From Candidatus Bathyarchaeota archaeon RBG_16_48_13 (GTDB taxonomy: Archaea; Thermoproteota; Bathyarchaeia; RBG-16-48-13): a stretch of DNA of 64,000 nucleotides. The stretch covers positions 72,041 to 136,040 of the forward strand of contig MEZH01000004.1 of assembly GCA_001775995.1 (NCBI GenBank). Reading direction: 5' to 3'. Each line of letters begins with the position of its first letter. The stretch's first letter is position 1. The translations under genes and the position numbers were made by a program. The notes beneath the pieces are model-generated. The model was not told where the DNA came from. It ran no database searches and saw nothing but the letters and a program-made list of their open reading frames with translations. Of this stretch, positions 38,343-48,813 are shown piece after piece.

Positions 38343-38842
38343 GCGACAAGCCACGCCTTACCGTGAAGATACAATATGATGGGTTCTCCGAGGATCTCTC
38401 CGGAGAATTCGATGACGTTGCCCGCCAAGCGATGAAGTTTCTCTATGATATAGCCCCAAAACTGAGCATCCTAGATAAATTGAAGCTCACCGTGGAAGAC
38501 GATGAATTAATCGAAGAGTTAGGTTTGGTCATGAAGATAGCCCCTGAAGGCCCCGTATTCCTGAAGGATTTCAAAGGGATAAAGACTTCCGACGCGATAA
38601 TCAGCTATCTAGTGGGAGCTAGTCTTGGTTTCAGACTTGGAATATTGTCCAAGCCTGCTCTCTCGATCGATCAACTGTCGATCTACACTGGGGCTGGAAA
38701 AGAAGTTGTTCGAGCCCGACTGAGCGAACTGAACCGCTCTTTGATGGTAGAGACAGTTGATTTAGGTGAGAAGAGGATAACCACGAGCGGGTTATTGAGA
38801 TTCAAAGATCATATCTTACCTAAGCTGATAGAAGAAGACTAG
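38339..38842 (+). CDS. Hypothetical protein with C-terminal winged helix (paralog B)
   Basis: IDQLSIYTGAGKEVVRARLSELNRSLMVE; ATGA overlap with paralog A. Confidence 0.85.
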   Translation: MSDKPRLTVKIQYDGFSEDLSGEFDDVARQAMKFLYDIAPKLSILDKLKLTVEDDELIEELGLVMKIAPEGPVFLKDFKGIKTSDAIISYLVGASLGFRLGILSKPALSIDQLSIYTGAGKEVVRARLSELNRSLMVETVDLGEKRITTSGLLRFKDHILPKLIEED

Positions 38843-39248
38843 TTGGCGGTTTCTTCTGAATGTAGTTGTAGTGGCCCTTCATCCCTTGCCTGGTCAGCAA
38901 GCCTTCTCTCACGAGATCTACCAAAGTATGGGCTATGGCAGTTCTGTCATAGTTGTACCCCCTCCGAGACAGCTCTGTATGCACTTCTGATAGATTCCGA
39001 GCTGTGCTGAACCATCCTTCTGACCAGAATCCTTTGACTAGGTCAGACACAAACACCTTCTTGTGGGGGGTGGATTCCGGACTGGACCCCAGAGGCAGGC
39101 TACTCGGAGTGGAAGCGATTTCTTTGCTTTCCAAAGCTGAAATGAAATTCTCTACCGCTGCCTTGAGCTGATCTGGCTGACAAGATATTTCGGCTTCTAC
39201 ATTGCCTATTTTGATCTTGATGTGAACAGTTCGTTGCTGCTCAGCCAA
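38820..39248 (-). CDS. Hypothetical winged-helix protein (C), convergent with A and B
   Basis: N-terminal VHIKIKIGNVEAEISC hairpin; C-terminal WFSTARNLSEVHTELSRRGY...LVDLVREGLLTR. Confidence 0.85.
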   Translation of the reverse strand: MAEQQRTVHIKIKIGNVEAEISCQPDQLKAAVENFISALESKEIASTPSSLPLGSSPESTPHKKVFVSDLVKGFWSEGWFSTARNLSEVHTELSRRGYNYDRTAIAHTLVDLVREGLLTRQGMKGHYNYIQKKPPTSLLLSA

Positions 39249-39388
39249 TGATGCTTTTCTCCGACGGTGTTGAGTGAATATTCAATGATAGTGGTGCACA
39301 ACGCTTATATACTTTTGACCAACCCTATTGATTGTTGATTGCGCAATCAATACTATTGATTGTACAACGAAAATCAAGGTTGTTGACA

Positions 39389-40474
39389 ATGCAAGTACTT
39401 GAAAACACAATGCAGTTCCACGATGAACTAATGAAACTCAGTCAAGATTCTCTGTCCGGTGTCAGAAATTGTCGGGTAGTCTCTGATAAGACCGATCCGT
39501 CAGACATGAGTGTGAGCCACGACAATGAGCCTTGGATGGAACTCAATCTGAGCCGTGAAAACGCAGCAATCAAATCAATCCCTATACAGTCTGACCCTAC
39601 AGAAACTACAATTGTTGGCATCGACACAACAAACGTTGATCTGGGAGAGACGAATGAAGGCGGTTTATTCGCGCTTCGGGGGACAGTGGTGTGGGCCCAA
39701 AACCATCACTATAATCTGACGCGTTACGGTCCCTTCATAGTATTCGCGACGGAGAAGAATAAGCAGGTCCTTTACAACACTCTTGCCGCGAATTTACTGT
39801 CAATCAGGCAAACGTACAGAGCGCCAGACCGCCCTTATGTTTCAAACGCTTTTCGCGCCATTTTCGAGCGAGCTCTCCAAAGGAATGTATGCGGGAAATT
39901 CAGGAACGCCGTAATCCTTTGGGATGGGTCTCTGACCGTTTGGACGAACGATCCAACTTATTATGCGACACAACGGATCCTAAGAGACGCGAGAGAAAAC
40001 GGCAACACCGTCATGGGGCTCTCCAAGAAAACCCAGCTCTATGTAGGCGACAGATGCATCACCGATCTCATAGATGACGGATGTTCGCCCTGCATGATCC
40101 CCTTGAGCTTCGTCACCAAATCTGGTGACGAAGAGGCTGTCAGGTCGTTTGGGAGAGTCTACGTAACTAAGCTTGCTGCAGGGTCTTGCACGTTCAGGTT
40201 CGATATTGACAGGGAACTAACAGAAGAGCAGGGGTTGATAGGGGTGAGACGTCTGATAGGCAATGACCTAATCATCGAAAACTATCCTGAAACGTTGAGA
40301 CTAGCTCACATATTTTCCAGATTCACGGCAACCGAAGTTATAGGTCTTCAAAGATATGTATCGGAATACTATTCCTTTCGTATTTCAAAAAGACCCGATG
40401 TGAGGCACATAATATTCGGTCCGTTCGGGGGGAGACAAATCATGGAGGGGCCAGCTTATGATGCGGTTGTATAA
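39389..40474 (+). CDS. NurA-family nuclease
   Basis: IVGIDTT (motif I Asp), ILWDGSL, GLSK and NYPETLRLAH. Confidence 0.8.
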   Translation: MQVLENTMQFHDELMKLSQDSLSGVRNCRVVSDKTDPSDMSVSHDNEPWMELNLSRENAAIKSIPIQSDPTETTIVGIDTTNVDLGETNEGGLFALRGTVVWAQNHHYNLTRYGPFIVFATEKNKQVLYNTLAANLLSIRQTYRAPDRPYVSNAFRAIFERALQRNVCGKFRNAVILWDGSLTVWTNDPTYYATQRILRDARENGNTVMGLSKKTQLYVGDRCITDLIDDGCSPCMIPLSFVTKSGDEEAVRSFGRVYVTKLAAGSCTFRFDIDRELTEEQGLIGVRRLIGNDLIIENYPETLRLAHIFSRFTATEVIGLQRYVSEYYSFRISKRPDVRHIIFGPFGGRQIMEGPAYDAVV

Positions 40475-41900
40475 GATCGAGAACGGCACCCTCCAAATCC
40501 TTAGTTGCCCTCCTGAGGGATTGAGGAGAGGAGATTATCTGCTTGTCGAAGACGGCGGCAAGGCGCTGATAGCGCACATCATCGATGTGGCGTTCGCGAA
40601 CGTTCCGGGCATCATGGAAGATCTCCTCAGAGACTTATCAGGTCTAGACATAGACGCCGAGGATGTAGACCCGCTCAATCTGAAGTCCTACCTCAATCAG
40701 GTAAGGGATGCACAGCTCTACATCTGCAAGGTAAGAGGAACACTGTCGCAAGAAGGGCTCAGCTCCGACGTTTCTTGGATTCCGTCGAGGTGCACCGCCA
40801 AGATCGCTAAGATTTCAGACGAGAAAATTCTAAAAATGGTTTCACCCGACGACTCCATGGCAATAGGACTGGGCTTCACAAGAAGTGGCGCCGAGATCGC
40901 CATCAGCGCTCACTCCATAGACGGAAAGTTGAACATAATCACCGGAAAAAAAGAGTCTGGAAAATCCAACTTCTCAAAACTCTTGATGTTAGGGCTCATA
41001 GACCATGGTGGCAAGTGTATCGTTTTTGACGTGAATGGCGAATATACGAAGCTGGGATTCAATAAAGATGGGACCCAAAACAAATACTACGAAAAAGTGG
41101 TGGTTCTGACCCCAGGTCGCAATTTCCAGACCGCTATTTCCTATGTGGGGATTCGCGTTGTCTTGAATATCCTCAGAACTGTGTTTGATCTTCCAGAAAC
41201 CTCAGCTTGGGAGTTCAGAAGGATTTGGGAGAGCCTCGACAAAAAAAGTGTCCCCACATTGCAGAGTCTAAAACAAGCGATAGAATCTACTCAGAATGAA
41301 TTCATAAAGGACGCGTTGATCAGAAGGTTCGACGGACTCATAAACTCAAGTCTATTCACTGACGACCCCAAGCTGACCACGACGCTTGAGGATCAATTCA
41401 AATCGATCCCGAAGGGCGGAACTCTGGTGATAAATCTCAGAGAATTGCCCCAAGTATACAAGAGACTGGTTGTAGAGTTCGTCCTAAGTAAGCTCACGGG
41501 TCTCTTGGAGAGATGGACGTTAAGAGGGGTCTTCCTCTTCGCAGAAGAAGCTCATTTGTATCTTAACGACACGTATTGGGAAGACATAGTAACAAGGATG
41601 CGGCACTTGGGAATATTCACGACGTTCATAACCAATCAGCCAGACAGCATAAAACAGGCGATTTACCGGCAGGCAGACAACGCATTTCTTTTCAACTTCA
41701 CCAACGAAAATGATTTGGAAACAGTTTCAAAGTCATCGAAAATAGATGTGGAAACCGTGAAGATATTGGCTCGAGAGTTGCCACCGCACCATTGCTTGAT
41801 TCTCGGCAAAGCGACAAGTGACTACCCCATGGTGGTGAAGATAAAAGCTCTCAATGTGTCGACATTGGGGGAAACACGGTTCTTCTTTGGCAATAATTAG
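40458..41900 (+). CDS. HerA/FtsK-family ATPase (DUF87)
   Basis: N-terminal beta-barrel (HAS)-like region, Walker A TGKKESGKS, FDVNGEY, Walker B FAEEAH, RMRHLG, TNQP; overlaps nurA. Confidence 0.88.
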   Translation: MMRLYKIENGTLQILSCPPEGLRRGDYLLVEDGGKALIAHIIDVAFANVPGIMEDLLRDLSGLDIDAEDVDPLNLKSYLNQVRDAQLYICKVRGTLSQEGLSSDVSWIPSRCTAKIAKISDEKILKMVSPDDSMAIGLGFTRSGAEIAISAHSIDGKLNIITGKKESGKSNFSKLLMLGLIDHGGKCIVFDVNGEYTKLGFNKDGTQNKYYEKVVVLTPGRNFQTAISYVGIRVVLNILRTVFDLPETSAWEFRRIWESLDKKSVPTLQSLKQAIESTQNEFIKDALIRRFDGLINSSLFTDDPKLTTTLEDQFKSIPKGGTLVINLRELPQVYKRLVVEFVLSKLTGLLERWTLRGVFLFAEEAHLYLNDTYWEDIVTRMRHLGIFTTFITNQPDSIKQAIYRQADNAFLFNFTNENDLETVSKSSKIDVETVKILARELPPHHCLILGKATSDYPMVVKIKALNVSTLGETRFFFGNN

Positions 41901-42121
41901 ACGTCTTCGAAACGACGCAAAAACGAATATTCCACAGGCCCTCTGACCCGCCTTTCATAAGATCGAAAATGAGGTAATTCACCCGCACATATGAATTTTC
42001 TCAGTGATTCCTTTACATTTCTTCTTTGGCAGATAGCGCGCTGAAAATCAGCCTAAGTTTTCCCTCAGCAAGTAGGGATTTAAGCGCGCAACGTCTTTAA
42101 TTTGCAGTCGGTTGTACTAAC

Positions 42122-43096
42122 TTGAATGGGATTGTGATCACACCACTCGCCTTCGAAAGCCTTGGCGTTAGATCGATGTGCACATTTATTGAAACCCCAG
42201 ATGTGAAACTCCTAATTGATCCCGGCGTATCTCTGGGTCCTCGCTTCGGTCTCATGCCCCATCCTTCAGAGTATAAGGCCAGAGCGGAAGTGCGGGTGGA
42301 AATAGCAAGAAGAGCCCAGATTTCTGATCTGCTGGTCATCACACACTGGCACTATGATCACTATACTCCAACATTTCATGATGAGATATGGAACGGGAGT
42401 AGTCTCCATGCAGCTGAAGAGATCTTCAGAGACAAAACCGTCTACGCAAAAGACATCAAAGGCGACATCAACCCAAGTCAAAGAAGAAGGGGGTGGTTGT
42501 TCAAGAAGACAACAGGACGATTCATTAGGAGACTGGAGTCGGCAGATGGAAATTCGATTGAGTTCGGAAAAACCAGAATAGAATTTTCAGGCCCAGTCTT
42601 TCACGGGGAAAGGGACACTGCTTTGGGATGGGTGGTAATGGTTACCATCTCGCGCGACGATGCAAGTGTTACATATGCATCAGATGTACAAGGTCCTATG
42701 GTTCAAGACACAACTAAGATGATACTTGGAGAAAATCCAAGAATTCTGATAACGGGCGGTCCCCCGACATATTTGAAAGATTACAGAGTACCGGAATCAT
42801 CACTCAGAACAGCATTGTCCAACATTGGCGAAATGGCTATGGAGATACCCACTATCGTTTTGGAACATCACCTTTTAAGAGACAAGAATTGGAGGGAATT
42901 TGCGGAGCCAGCGTTCAGAAACGCTAGGAAACATCACAATAAGATCCTAACGGCAGCTGAATTCCTTGGAGTTGAGGAGAAGCTTCTGGAAGCTCGGCGA
43001 GAGGAACTCTACGAAAAATATCCCCCGTCAACTGAATTCCTGAAATGGACCAAAATGCCCAGTGCAAGAAGAGAGAATATTGCTCCACCCATATAG
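42122..43096 (+). CDS. Metallo-beta-lactamase fold hydrolase (UPF0282-like)
   Basis: AFESLGVRSM, IDPGVSLGPRFGL.PHP, THWHYDH, HG, SDVQGP and EHHLLRD. Confidence 0.88.
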   Translation: MNGIVITPLAFESLGVRSMCTFIETPDVKLLIDPGVSLGPRFGLMPHPSEYKARAEVRVEIARRAQISDLLVITHWHYDHYTPTFHDEIWNGSSLHAAEEIFRDKTVYAKDIKGDINPSQRRRGWLFKKTTGRFIRRLESADGNSIEFGKTRIEFSGPVFHGERDTALGWVVMVTISRDDASVTYASDVQGPMVQDTTKMILGENPRILITGGPPTYLKDYRVPESSLRTALSNIGEMAMEIPTIVLEHHLLRDKNWREFAEPAFRNARKHHNKILTAAEFLGVEEKLLEARREELYEKYPPSTEFLKWTKMPSARRENIAPPI

Positions 43097-43166
43097 ACAA
43101 AGGGTCAGGGAAGAAAGTCATGGGATGGGGGCAGAATATTGTCATATGATGCTGACTAAGATGTCT

Positions 43167-44306
43167 TCAATCACTTCTCAAACGATTGAAAAAAGATTTG
43201 TCCTCTGAGACATCTTCCCCGGCTTCTTTTGCCAGGAGACGATAGAGTTCTTTCTGTCGAACGGTCAGTCTTTCGGGTGTTATGAGCTTTATTTTGACAT
43301 ACTGGTCTCCTCGATCTCGGCCTTCAAGACGGGGCATGCCTTTTCCCTTCATTCTCAGCACAGTCCCAGATTGAACCCCGCTCGGAACTTTGATGACCGA
43401 TTTCCCATCAACGGTTGGCACTGTTAATTCTGTTCCAAGCGCTGCCTGAGAGAAACTTATTGCGGCATCAAATGTTATGTCATCGCCCTCCCTCCTGAAG
43501 AGCTCGCTTGGTCTAACATGCACCACCACATATAGATCTCCCGGAGGACCGCCTCTAATTCCGGCTTCACCTTCACCGCCTACTCTCAGTCTAGTGCCTT
43601 CATCTGCCCCCTGCGGTATCTTTACGGAGATTGTTCGCCTCTTCTGAAGCAAACCCTCACCCCTGCAAGCGCTGCAGGGAGTATCTATGATGGTCCCTTT
43701 TCCCTTGCACGTGGGGCAAGTCGTGACCTGAACGAATTGGGCGAAGCCAGCGGATCTGGTTCGCTGAACCTGACCTGCACCGCCGCATGTTTGGCACTTT
43801 CTTGGATTTGTCCCCGGTTTGGCTCCAGTTCCCCTGCAAGCATCACATCTCTCAGACCTTGTGAGAGAGAATTTCTTGTCCGCGCCTCTGAAAGCCTCCT
43901 CGAGGTTGATCTCCACATCATATCTGAGATCAGAACCCCTTTCGGGACCGTATCTTCTTCGTTCTCTCCCGCCAAGGAACACGTCGAATATAGATCCGAA
44001 ACCGCCGAAACCAAATCCAGAATCTCTGAAAACCTCGTTGAATATATCCTCTCTGAAAATATCTTCCCTAGTGTAGCGGCTGTCTATACCTTGATGACCG
44101 AAATTATCATATTGTTTGCGCTTTTCGTCGTCCGAGAGGACAGCGTATGCTTCTGAGAGTTCCTTGAATTTCTCTTCGGCATCAGGGGATTTATTCCGAT
44201 CGGGGTGGTACTGGAGGGCCAGTTTCCGATAAGCGCCCTTCATTTCATCTTTTGAAGCCGATCTCGGAATGCCTAGGATTTCATAGTAATCTCTCTTCTC
44301 GCCCAC
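43167..44306 (-). CDS. dnaJ: Chaperone DnaJ
   Basis: J-domain HPD, G/F region and four CxxCxGxG repeats. Confidence 0.98.
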   Translation of the reverse strand: MGEKRDYYEILGIPRSASKDEMKGAYRKLALQYHPDRNKSPDAEEKFKELSEAYAVLSDDEKRKQYDNFGHQGIDSRYTREDIFREDIFNEVFRDSGFGFGGFGSIFDVFLGGRERRRYGPERGSDLRYDVEINLEEAFRGADKKFSLTRSERCDACRGTGAKPGTNPRKCQTCGGAGQVQRTRSAGFAQFVQVTTCPTCKGKGTIIDTPCSACRGEGLLQKRRTISVKIPQGADEGTRLRVGGEGEAGIRGGPPGDLYVVVHVRPSELFRREGDDITFDAAISFSQAALGTELTVPTVDGKSVIKVPSGVQSGTVLRMKGKGMPRLEGRDRGDQYVKIKLITPERLTVRQKELYRLLAKEAGEDVSEDKSFFNRLRSD

Positions 44307-44336
44307 TAGACCACCGGAAATGAATCTGTCGGGCTT

Positions 44337-46238
44337 CTACTTCACTTCTTCATCAACAGTCTTGCTCTCGACGTCAACGACCTTTTCTTGATCGCGATTT
44401 TCCTCTCCAGGAGGACCTTGCTGGGTTTGTTGCTGTTGTTGCTGTTGTTGCTGTTGTTGCTGTTGTTGAGCTGTTTGTTGATAGACGGCTGAGCTTGCGT
44501 CTTGAAGGACTCTAGTCAGATCGTCGGCCTTGCTTTTGATTTTCTGGACGTCTTTGGCAGTCATTGCATCCTTTACATCATTGATCAGATCTTGGATCTG
44601 CTTCTTTTGATCATCGCTGAATTTCCCACCTAGGTCCTTAAGGGTCTTCTCGGCTGTGTAGATCAACGAGTCCCCGCTATTGAGCGCTTCAGCAGTCTCC
44701 TTCTTGACCTTGTCTTGTTCTGAGAATTGTTCCGCTTCCTTCACCATCCTATTCTTCTCAGATTCGGACAGCTTTGTGGAAGCGCTTATTGCAATCTTCT
44801 GTTGGTTGCCCGTGGCTAAATCCTTGGCGGTTACGTTGAGAATGCCGTTGGCATCTATATCGAAGGTAACCTCGATCTGAGGAACTCCTCTAGGAGCTGG
44901 AGGTATACCCACTAGGTTGAACATGCCGAGCGAAACGTTGTCAGCAGACATCGGTCTCTCGCCTTGAAGAACATGTATGGTGACACTTGTTTGAAATTCT
45001 GCAGCTGTGGAGAATATCTGGCTTTTTCGGGTTGGTATAGTCGTATTTCTCTCAATTACTTTGGTCGCTATTCCACCTAGAGTCTCCACCCCGAGTGACA
45101 GCGGTGTGACGTCCAGAAGGAGAAGCTCTTTTATCTCTCCTGCCAATACGGCCCCTTGAATAGCGGCACCCACAGCCACGCATTCCATGGGATCGATACC
45201 TCTCTCCGCGGTCTTGCCTAACAAGTCCTCAACAAATTTTCTGATGAGGGGCATCCGAGTCTGGCCACCAATCAGTATTATCTTGTTTATGTCTTTAGGT
45301 TCCAGTTTTGCGTCGGTTATGACCCTCACTATTGGCTCCCGGATCTTCTGAATTATAGGATAGACGAGCTGCTCAAGCTTCATCCTAGTAATGGTGTAGT
45401 GGAGGTGTTTCGGTCCAGTAGCGTCAGAAGAGATGAATGCGAGATCTATATCGGTGGTAGTTAGATTTGAGAGCTCAATCTTGGCCTTTTCAGCTGCTTC
45501 CTTGAGTCTCGCCATGGCCATCTTGTCGTTTCCAAGGTTTATGCCTGTTTGTCTCTGGAACTCCCCCATCAGGTAATTTACAAGTGCGCTATCCAAGTCC
45601 GTGCCACCTATCTTTGTGTCACCGCTTGTAGCTAGTACCTGGAAGACTCCCCCTCCAAACTCCATTACAGTTGTGTCGTTGGTGCCTCCGCCAAAACTGA
45701 AAACCAGAATTTTCTGTTCCTTCTCCGCCTTGTCTAGGCCGTATGCCAATGCGGCGGCTGTGGGTTCGTTTATTATCCTCACGACTTCAAGCCCGGCTAT
45801 TTCCCCAGCGTCTTTCGTAGCTTGCCGCTGATTGTCGTTGAAGTGCGCTGGAACGGTTATCACAGCTTTCTTTATCTGCCCACCTAGAAATGTCTCGGCA
45901 TCCTTCTTGATCTTTTGGAGAATAAAGGCAGAGATCTGTTGAGGAGTATAATCTTTGCCTTGAATATTGACTTTATAGTCAGTGCCCATCTTCCTCTTAA
46001 TTTCGAAAATAGTGCTTTCAGGATTCGTTGTTGCCTGTCTCTTGGCAGGTTCTCCCACCAGCATTATCCCTTCTTTAGTGAAAGCGACAACTGAGGGGAA
46101 CATTTTGCCTGCCATGGTGGGGCCCTCGGCACTCGGAATTATCACGGGATGACCGGCTTCCAGAATGGCAGCCGCTGAGTTGGTTGTGCCAAGATCTATT
46201 CCCATTATCTTTTCTCTTTCTTTACTTTCAGAACTCAT
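44337..46238 (-). CDS. dnaK: Chaperone DnaK (Hsp70)
   Basis: [22 protein letters not shown] and [12 protein letters not shown]. Confidence 0.98.
   Translation of the reverse strand: MSSESKEREKIMGIDLGTTNSAAAILEAGHPVIIPSAEGPTMAGKMFPSVVAFTKEGIMLVGEPAKRQATTNPESTIFEIKRKMGTDYKVNIQGKDYTPQQISAFILQKIKKDAETFLGGQIKKAVITVPAHFNDNQRQATKDAGEIAGLEVVRIINEPTAAALAYGLDKAEKEQKILVFSFGGGTNDTTVMEFGGGVFQVLATSGDTKIGGTDLDSALVNYLMGEFQRQTGINLGNDKMAMARLKEAAEKAKIELSNLTTTDIDLAFISSDATGPKHLHYTITRMKLEQLVYPIIQKIREPIVRVITDAKLEPKDINKIILIGGQTRMPLIRKFVEDLLGKTAERGIDPMECVAVGAAIQGAVLAGEIKELLLLDVTPLSLGVETLGGIATKVIERNTTIPTRKSQIFSTAAEFQTSVTIHVLQGERPMSADNVSLGMFNLVGIPPAPRGVPQIEVTFDIDANGILNVTAKDLATGNQQKIAISASTKLSESEKNRMVKEAEQFSEQDKVKKETAEALNSGDSLIYTAEKTLKDLGGKFSDDQKKQIQDLINDVKDAMTAKDVQKIKSKADDLTRVLQDASSAVYQQTAQQQQQQQQQQQQQQTQQGPPGEENRDQEKVVDVESKTVDEEVK
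44427..44468 (-). repeat. (CAACAACAG)4 CAACAA microsatellite encoding Gln14 in the DnaK tail
   Basis: Counted directly from the sequence. Confidence 0.95.
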
Positions 46239-46253
46239 TCAAGACACCTCAGA

Positions 46254-46829
46254 TTATTCAGATTCATTAGTGGGAGGGATTTGTGCTGTAGCGACTTTAA
46301 CCATACTCGGTCTAATAACCTTACCCTTGTAAGTGAATCCCTTCCTTATCTCTTCCACGATCATATCTTCTTTCTGACCTTCAATTGTGACCTTCGAAAA
46401 AGCCTCATGCTTCGTCGGTTCGAAAGGTTTTCCTACCGCCTCGATCCTAATCACGCCCTGGCGCTCAAGGATTCTATAGGCATTTTTTAGAATCATCTTC
46501 AATCCATCAATCAATCCTTCTGGAATCTTGCTCTGCTCGCTATTCCGGATGGCCAGTTCAAGTTCATCGACAACAACTAGAAACTCTAATATGAGGTCTT
46601 CATTCCCGTAGTTGACGATATCGTCCATTTCTCTCTTAGCTCGTTTCTTGTAGTTCTCGAAGTCTGCTTGAAGGTACCCTAGGCGGTTTAAGTAATCCGC
46701 TGTCTTCTTCTGCTCCTCTTTGAGAGCATTCTCTACCAACTCTAGCCGCCTCTCCAAATCCTTTTTGTCCGCACCCTTCTCGGCTAGCAGTAGCTGCTTT
46801 TTCTCCGAAGGTGTAATCATAGAGAACAC
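46254..46829 (-). CDS. grpE: Nucleotide exchange factor GrpE
   Basis: LQADFENYKKR, FEPTKHEA and GFTYKGKVIRPSMVKV. Confidence 0.97.
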   Translation of the reverse strand: MFSMITPSEKKQLLLAEKGADKKDLERRLELVENALKEEQKKTADYLNRLGYLQADFENYKKRAKREMDDIVNYGNEDLILEFLVVVDELELAIRNSEQSKIPEGLIDGLKMILKNAYRILERQGVIRIEAVGKPFEPTKHEAFSKVTIEGQKEDMIVEEIRKGFTYKGKVIRPSMVKVATAQIPPTNESE

Positions 46830-46882
46830 TACTCTGTATATTATGGAAAATAGAAGAAAAGAAAATAAAAAAGGTTATGGAT

Positions 46883-48538
46883 CTATTCCATTCCGCCCAT
46901 GCCACCCATACCACCGCCTGGTGGCATCGGGGGTCCCGCTGGAGCTCTGGACTTGCCTCCCGCTATGACGTCGTCGACCCGCAGAATCATTGTGGCTGCT
47001 TCGGAAGCGGCTTTTATGATCTGTTCTTTGACAACTAGAGGCTCATAGACTTCCAGCTTAGCCATGTCGGTGGCTTTGCCTTCGATCGCGTTGACGCCGT
47101 ACCATTTTTCGCCTTTCTCGTGTCTGGCCCTCAGGTCCACGATGATGTCTATTGGATCCAATCCAGCGTTTTCTGCTAGGGTTATCGGTATCACTTCAAG
47201 GGATTCGGCGAATGCAAGAGCCGCCAATTGTTCTCGTCCTGAGAGTTTCTCAGCCCATCTTCTGAGTCTGGCTGAGGCTTCGGTTTCAGGTGCGCCTCCT
47301 CCGGCGACGACTTTGGGTTTCTGAACAACGTCCTTTACTACGCTGAGCGCGTCGTGGATCGATCTTTCCGCCTCGTCGATTACCTTGTCGGTTCCACCTC
47401 GGGTCAGTATCGTCACGGCGTGTGGGTTGTGGCAGCCTTCTATGAAGGTCCATTTATCTTCGCCCACCTTTCGTTCCTCCACTAATTTGGCTTTTCCCAA
47501 ATCGCTTGCTGTGAGGTCGTTCAAGGAATTTGTGACTCTGCCGCCGGTGGCCTTTGCGAGCTTCTCCATGTCGGACTCCTTGGCTCTCCTGATCGCCAGG
47601 ATTCCTTTCTTTGCCATGAAGTGCTGAACCATGTCATCGATGCCCTTCTGGCATATCACAACGTTGGCGCCAGACTTCGCTATCTTCTCCACCATGTCAC
47701 TTAGCAGGTGTTCTTCCTCGTCCATGAAGGCCTTTATCTGTTCGGGTTCTTCGATGTTGATCTTTGCGTCAAACTCCGTTTTCTCTATTTCCAGGGCGGA
47801 GCTTATGAGCGCAATCTTGGCGTTCTCGACCTTCTTTGGCATTCCAGGGTGAACGACTTCCTTATCCAAGGCTATGCCATCGATCTTCTTCGTATCGTCC
47901 AGTGATCCTCCGGTCTTCTTCTCGATCTTTATGTCATCTAGACTCACTTTGTATTCGTTTCCAACCTTTTGAGCCACGTTCAATATAGCTTCGACAGCCA
48001 GATCTGCAAATAATCCTTTGTTTTCTGAGACCATCTTGGTGGCCATTGATGTTCGGGCAATTTTCCTCAGCATCTCTTTGTCGGTCGAAGTTGTGGAGAT
48101 TGCGAGATCCGAGTATATCTCCAAGGTTTTGTCTGCAGCTTTCTTATAGCCATCTACGATTATCGATGGGTGGACATCCTTGTCGAGGAGACCCTCCGCT
48201 TTCTTTAGGAGTTCTCCCGCTAGAACCACGACCGAAGTGGTTCCATCGCCAACTTCGGTGTCGGTTGTTTTTGCGATTTCAACCATCATCTTTGCGGCAG
48301 GATGTTCTACGTCCATCTCTTTCAATATTGTGGCGCCATCATTGGTTATGGTGACATCACCCAGGCTGTCAACGAGCATCTTGTCCATTCCTCTAGGGCC
48401 TAAGGATGATTTCACGATCTCCGAGATTACCTTCGCTGCTGAAATGTTGTTCCTCTGAGCTTCTTTTCCACGAGTTCTACTGGATCCTTCCTTCAATATC
48501 AGAACAGGAACTCCTCCAGCTGAGCCCATACTTGCCAT
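46883..48538 (-). CDS. Thermosome (group II chaperonin) subunit
   Basis: LGPRGMDKML, TITNDGATIL, GDGTTS and GGM-rich tail. Confidence 0.98.
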   Translation of the reverse strand: MASMGSAGGVPVLILKEGSSRTRGKEAQRNNISAAKVISEIVKSSLGPRGMDKMLVDSLGDVTITNDGATILKEMDVEHPAAKMMVEIAKTTDTEVGDGTTSVVVLAGELLKKAEGLLDKDVHPSIIVDGYKKAADKTLEIYSDLAISTTSTDKEMLRKIARTSMATKMVSENKGLFADLAVEAILNVAQKVGNEYKVSLDDIKIEKKTGGSLDDTKKIDGIALDKEVVHPGMPKKVENAKIALISSALEIEKTEFDAKINIEEPEQIKAFMDEEEHLLSDMVEKIAKSGANVVICQKGIDDMVQHFMAKKGILAIRRAKESDMEKLAKATGGRVTNSLNDLTASDLGKAKLVEERKVGEDKWTFIEGCHNPHAVTILTRGGTDKVIDEAERSIHDALSVVKDVVQKPKVVAGGGAPETEASARLRRWAEKLSGREQLAALAFAESLEVIPITLAENAGLDPIDIIVDLRARHEKGEKWYGVNAIEGKATDMAKLEVYEPLVVKEQIIKAASEAATMILRVDDVIAGGKSRAPAGPPMPPGGGMGGMGGME

Positions 48539-48813
48539 TCAAAATTCACCTCAAGAATTACTTTTGACGGAAAAACTGACTATCAGGAACAGGTATTTAT
48601 TTTTTTTCTTTGGTCATGCCCCAGTGACACAAGAATCGCCAATATTATTGAAAAGCCTAATGAATCACGGGGGAAAGTTGACGGCTGATAATGTTTTTAA
48701 GAGAGAGAAGTCATCCTTTGATACAAAACACTGTTGTCAATAGTACTATTTGAAATACAGAAAAAACATTTGAGCGTCGACTCCATCCTTAGCAAATTCC
48801 AAGGTCTGAGAAC

